Shown here piece by piece: positions 57,479 through 64,000 of a stretch of DNA of 64,000 bases. The translations under genes were made by a program, and so were the position numbers. The stretch is from assembly GCA_964016885.1 (NCBI GenBank), contig OZ024747.1, forward strand, positions 46,872,001 through 46,936,000, written 5' to 3'. Under the pieces are notes generated by a model that worked only from the letters and a program-made list of their open reading frames with translations, made no database searches and was not told where the DNA came from. This DNA is from Eledone cirrhosa (taxonomy: Eukaryota). How positions within the stretch are numbered: the first letter of the stretch is position 1; the number at the start of each line of letters is the position of its first letter.

Positions 57479-57870
57479 GGCGGTGGATTGGCAGTATTGG
57501 TAGAGGGTCGGACGCCATGCTTTGACGCATAGAGTTAAGACCCTTGCCATTCTGAGTTCAAATCCCGCCGAGGTTAACTTTGCCTTTCATACTTATGAGG
57601 TCGATAAAATAAAGTACCAGTAATGCACTGGGTAATTGCTGGCCTTGTGCCAAAAGTAGAAACAATTATTTATTACACATGTGGATTGGCAGTATCGGTA
57701 GAGGGTCACGGACACCATGCTTTGCAGCATAGTTACGCCCCTTTACGGTCTGAGTTCAAATTCCGCCCAGGTTAACTTTGTCTTTCATTCTCACGGGGGT
57801 CGATAAATCAAAGTACCAGTAATGCACTGGGATAATTGCTGACCTTGTGCCAAAAGTAGTAACAATTATT
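57479..57870 (+). mobile_element. Tandem pair of short-subfamily SINEs
   Basis: 57479-57670 and 57680-57870. Confidence 0.9.
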
Positions 57871-58299
57871 ACGCATAAAATAAATTAAATGAAAACTTAC
57901 GTTACGTTAACATTGCCAGGAAAAACATATGAAAGGCGTTGAAGCATTCTGCATCTCATCGTTTTCTCAGCAGCCTTGTTATAGGCCGTAATATGTTAAG
58001 AAAATGTATTATCACCGCCCATTCCATCTTTAAACAGAAGGCGATTTCAAATCAAATAAAAATTCATTAAAATCTAATACAATTTATAATAATACTATTT
58101 CAAATTTAGTATTACACGACGATACTAGATTGATGTTTCATTAAAATAGAGCGTTCGTCTTTATTCTCCTACATTCACCTCCCATGTTTATATCTCTGCA
58201 TAGATTGATGCATGCATATAATATATACATACCACACACACACACCTCCATACACAGATCACCATATTCTTAATATCTTTAAGACAGCGTGTTCGAGCT

Positions 58300-60630
<2,331 letters not shown>

Positions 60631-62246
60631 GTGTGAACATCCCTTCCCTTAGTAGTCCTTGAAATATATATTTCCACCTATATTACTTTTAATGTTCTCC
60701 TTTCCTTGTAAGAACAAACCTTTTATCTCCATCTTCATTACAGAACTTTCTATTTTAGGTTTCATGATGGGGTGGTTGGGGTTTCTGGCGGCGCGTTGTT
60801 GTGTTAATTTGAGGGTCTTGTCATATTTTATTAGTTTACACCTTTCAAAATATGATATCGACAATACTTGTCACATATACCATCATCAATACCATACCTC
60901 CACCTTTTTGTTCTAGTGGCGGCGGTGGCGGCGGCAGCGACGGTGACTGACAGATCCGACAGAGCTACGCATTAACTGTCCTAAAGGTGTTGTTACGTCC
61001 ATTTACATTATATATTTCAAATGACACGTATGTTGATTTTACATTTTTCATCCATCTTGCATCGATAAAATAAAAGACCCGTGAGTCAAATACAAGGATC
61101 AATTTCTAATGCTCAACAGACACCTACAAATTTGTGTTGTTTTCTGTCAAAGTAACAAATCAATATATTATCCTTTTCCCATATATAACTTCTCATTCCC
61201 ATTAATTCCTTTAGAACCCCCGCTTTTTTGCGTTACTCCTCTATCGCCCCTGTCAATCCGCCCCTCTCTCCCTTTCAATTTCCATAATTTGCGCTCCCTC
61301 CCCGTCAAATCAATGGTCAGATCCTTGGTCCTCCCTCAGCAGTTATTCAGAACTATATAATCTAACGAACATTTGTCACATTTAATTGGGTTTATAATAA
61401 AAAAAAAATAGCCTCATCTTCTTCTGAAAATTTGTTCGGTTAATCTGATATAGGTCTGAGTTGATACGAGAAAATCTCATTGGCTTTCTATATTTCTCCT
61501 TCTGATTGAAGTGTATAGTTCAAGAAATACGTTTTCAGATCATTAGACGGTATCACATATTAAGAATGAAAAATACCGGAAATTACTCCAACAGTTCTTG
61601 CTCCAAAACAACCTTTTACTGTCACTTTTGGTAAGATTCTTCCGGTAAACTAACTGTTCTCTGAGATCGCCAGAAATCAGAAATTGTCGTTTCTCTAAAT
61701 ACACACAACGAAACAACCGTAGAATTGGCTCGTTGGATGTTTATTTAAAGTGAAAAACAGTTTCGTTCGTAGATAAACGTTTGACTCGTCTAAAAAGCAT
61801 TTCCGTATGGTATCAAGCAATCCTCATAGGCATATAGACTTTAGGCCAAGATGTAAGTTAGTTGAGTGGAGAAAAACAAGACAGATTGGCAGACGGATAC
61901 ATACAAATAAATAAGAATATAAAAGTATGTATGAATCTGTGTGTATATATATATATATACACACACACACAAACGTGTAGACACATACACACAAACGTTT
62001 ACACACATACACACATACACACATACACACATACACACACTCATATATAAATAAGAATGAATGTATTTATGCACACTTATATAAATAATTCTACATAGTT
62101 TTACGTGTATTTGTGCTTATTTTGAATGAGAAGTCAATCACAGACTACAAATTAATATACATTAAAAACAATACATACACAGACACACACAGGCTCACAT
62201 GCACACACATAAGCAGACGAATACAATCATATACATACACACACAG

Positions 62247-62291
<45 letters not shown>

Positions 62292-62297
62292 TATATA

Positions 62298-62441
<144 letters not shown>

Positions 62442-62966
62442 TATGTATGTATGTATGTATTTGCGAACCCATACATATACATAGATGCATATACTTGTAA
62501 GTATGTGTGTGACTGTGCGTGTCTGTTCGTCTTTGTATATAACTTCAGTATTATGTTCTGTAGGTTATGTGTTGTGTAGAGGCCAACCAGCGACAACTTG
62601 TTGATATATAATTTTGCAATAAACGGACGCTGACAAACATCAGAATCCTACAACACACACTATGTTCAACATTACAAATAGGGGTCGAAAATATAAAGAC
62701 AACAAACAGAAACGAGAGCTAGAGGCAGGAAAACAACGATCACATCAAATCTAAATCGGAACCTCGAAAGTACGAAAGAAAACACGTTCACAAACACAAA
62801 TACAAACACACGTACACACACACACGCACATATACATACACACAAACAGTCATATATATATATATATATATATGTGTGCATATATATGTATATGTATATA
62901 TGTATATATATATATATGTGTATGTGCGTGCGTAGGTATAAATATATATACATCTATACGTGTAGG

Positions 62967-62998
<32 letters not shown>

Positions 62999-63059
62999 TA
63001 TATATATATATACATCTATACGTGTAGGCATATATATATATATACATATATATATATAC

Positions 63060-63143
<84 letters not shown>

Positions 63144-63155
63144 GTGTGTGCGCGT

Positions 63156-63196
<41 letters not shown>

Positions 63197-63324
63197 TACA
63201 GGAGTGTGTGCGTGTGTGTATGCGTATGTCTCTAAAGTCTTAAAGTCTGCGGTGCCGAGACAGGGGAGACGACAAATCAGGGTAGTACTCAATGCAGGGA
63301 AAGAAGCAGAGTATAAGGTTGGTT

Positions 63325-63480
63325 GAAATGGCAGAATCGTTAAAAGGTCAGTCAAACCCTAGTAGTATTTCTTTCACTTCTTTAGGTTCTGACTTCAAAT
63401 CCCGCCAAGGAAGTACTGAGGTCGATATAATCGACTTTCTCCTCCCCACAAAAGGTTGGCCTTTTTGTTTGTTAGAAATC
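63325..63480 (+). mobile_element. Degraded long-subfamily SINE with internal deletion
   Basis: TGGCAGAATCG..TTCAAATCCCGCC..GTCGATATAATCGACTTT. Confidence 0.65.
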
Positions 63481-64000
63481 AATATCTATAATAAATATCT
63501 ATAATCAATATATATAACAAATAAGTCAGACTGTTACGAATGCCTTTCTCAAAACAATATATACGTGGATTGATACAATTTAACCTTTAACTTAAGATTA
63601 ACTATAAAATACTGATTATAGATTAGCATTTGGTTTTGTCTAAGATTATTGCCAAACATTATATACACCTTTCTTCCATCATAAAGGAACATATAGACGA
63701 TGAGAGCCATATTTCTAAACAGAAAATGAAGACTAACTAATTTCATAAATATAGACTCGATTGCAGACAGCGTTGAATGTATACTACTATTGAATATACC
63801 ATTGTATATACAATCTCCATCACACTGAAAGGAAAAGGTAGTAGCTGTGTTGAGAATTGTGGAAAAGTGAGAATGTATTATAAAGATTAGATTAGATACA
63901 TAAACAGATAGACAAGATAAAGAGAAACTGGGATGAAATATGAGGAAATGAGAGAATGAACAAAGGTTTCACATTACAGCACAAGTCTCGCAACTCTTGT

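Noticed and set aside
60649-60916. Overlapping 71 and 85 aa ORFs
   Set aside because: No motif; length expected by chance
61380-61800. Possible mariner transposase relic
   Set aside because: Only a vague YSPDLAPSD-like resemblance and no TIRs

Overview
AT-rich eukaryotic (animal) genomic DNA, dense in (TA)n/(CA)n/(GA)n microsatellites. I recognise no host protein-coding exon; most ORF-track entries are microsatellite translations. The tRNA-derived SINEs resemble, from memory, the octopus OK/OR families, so an octopod cephalopod is inferred. Recognisable elements: a near-full-length but dead Tx1/L1-clade LINE (8.8-14.5 kb) plus two related 3' fragments, three Penelope-like elements (PLEs) with GIY-YIG and/or RT coding remnants, RTE and R4/Dong-like LINE fragments, about 20 SINE copies and an ~80-bp Tc1/mariner-type MITE. 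The main unannotated signal is that many short islands between (TA)n tracts fold into type I hammerhead ribozymes (more than 15 intact or degenerate motifs from many families). These include U3-A8 core covariants, very long stem II variants and an ORF-less ~497-bp partial-tandem retrozyme-like unit. Many are fold-back palindromes whose turning point lies in or next to the ribozyme. The main SINE also shares a short 3' motif and ATT-rich ends with the Tx1 LINEs. All alignments and folds were done by eye.
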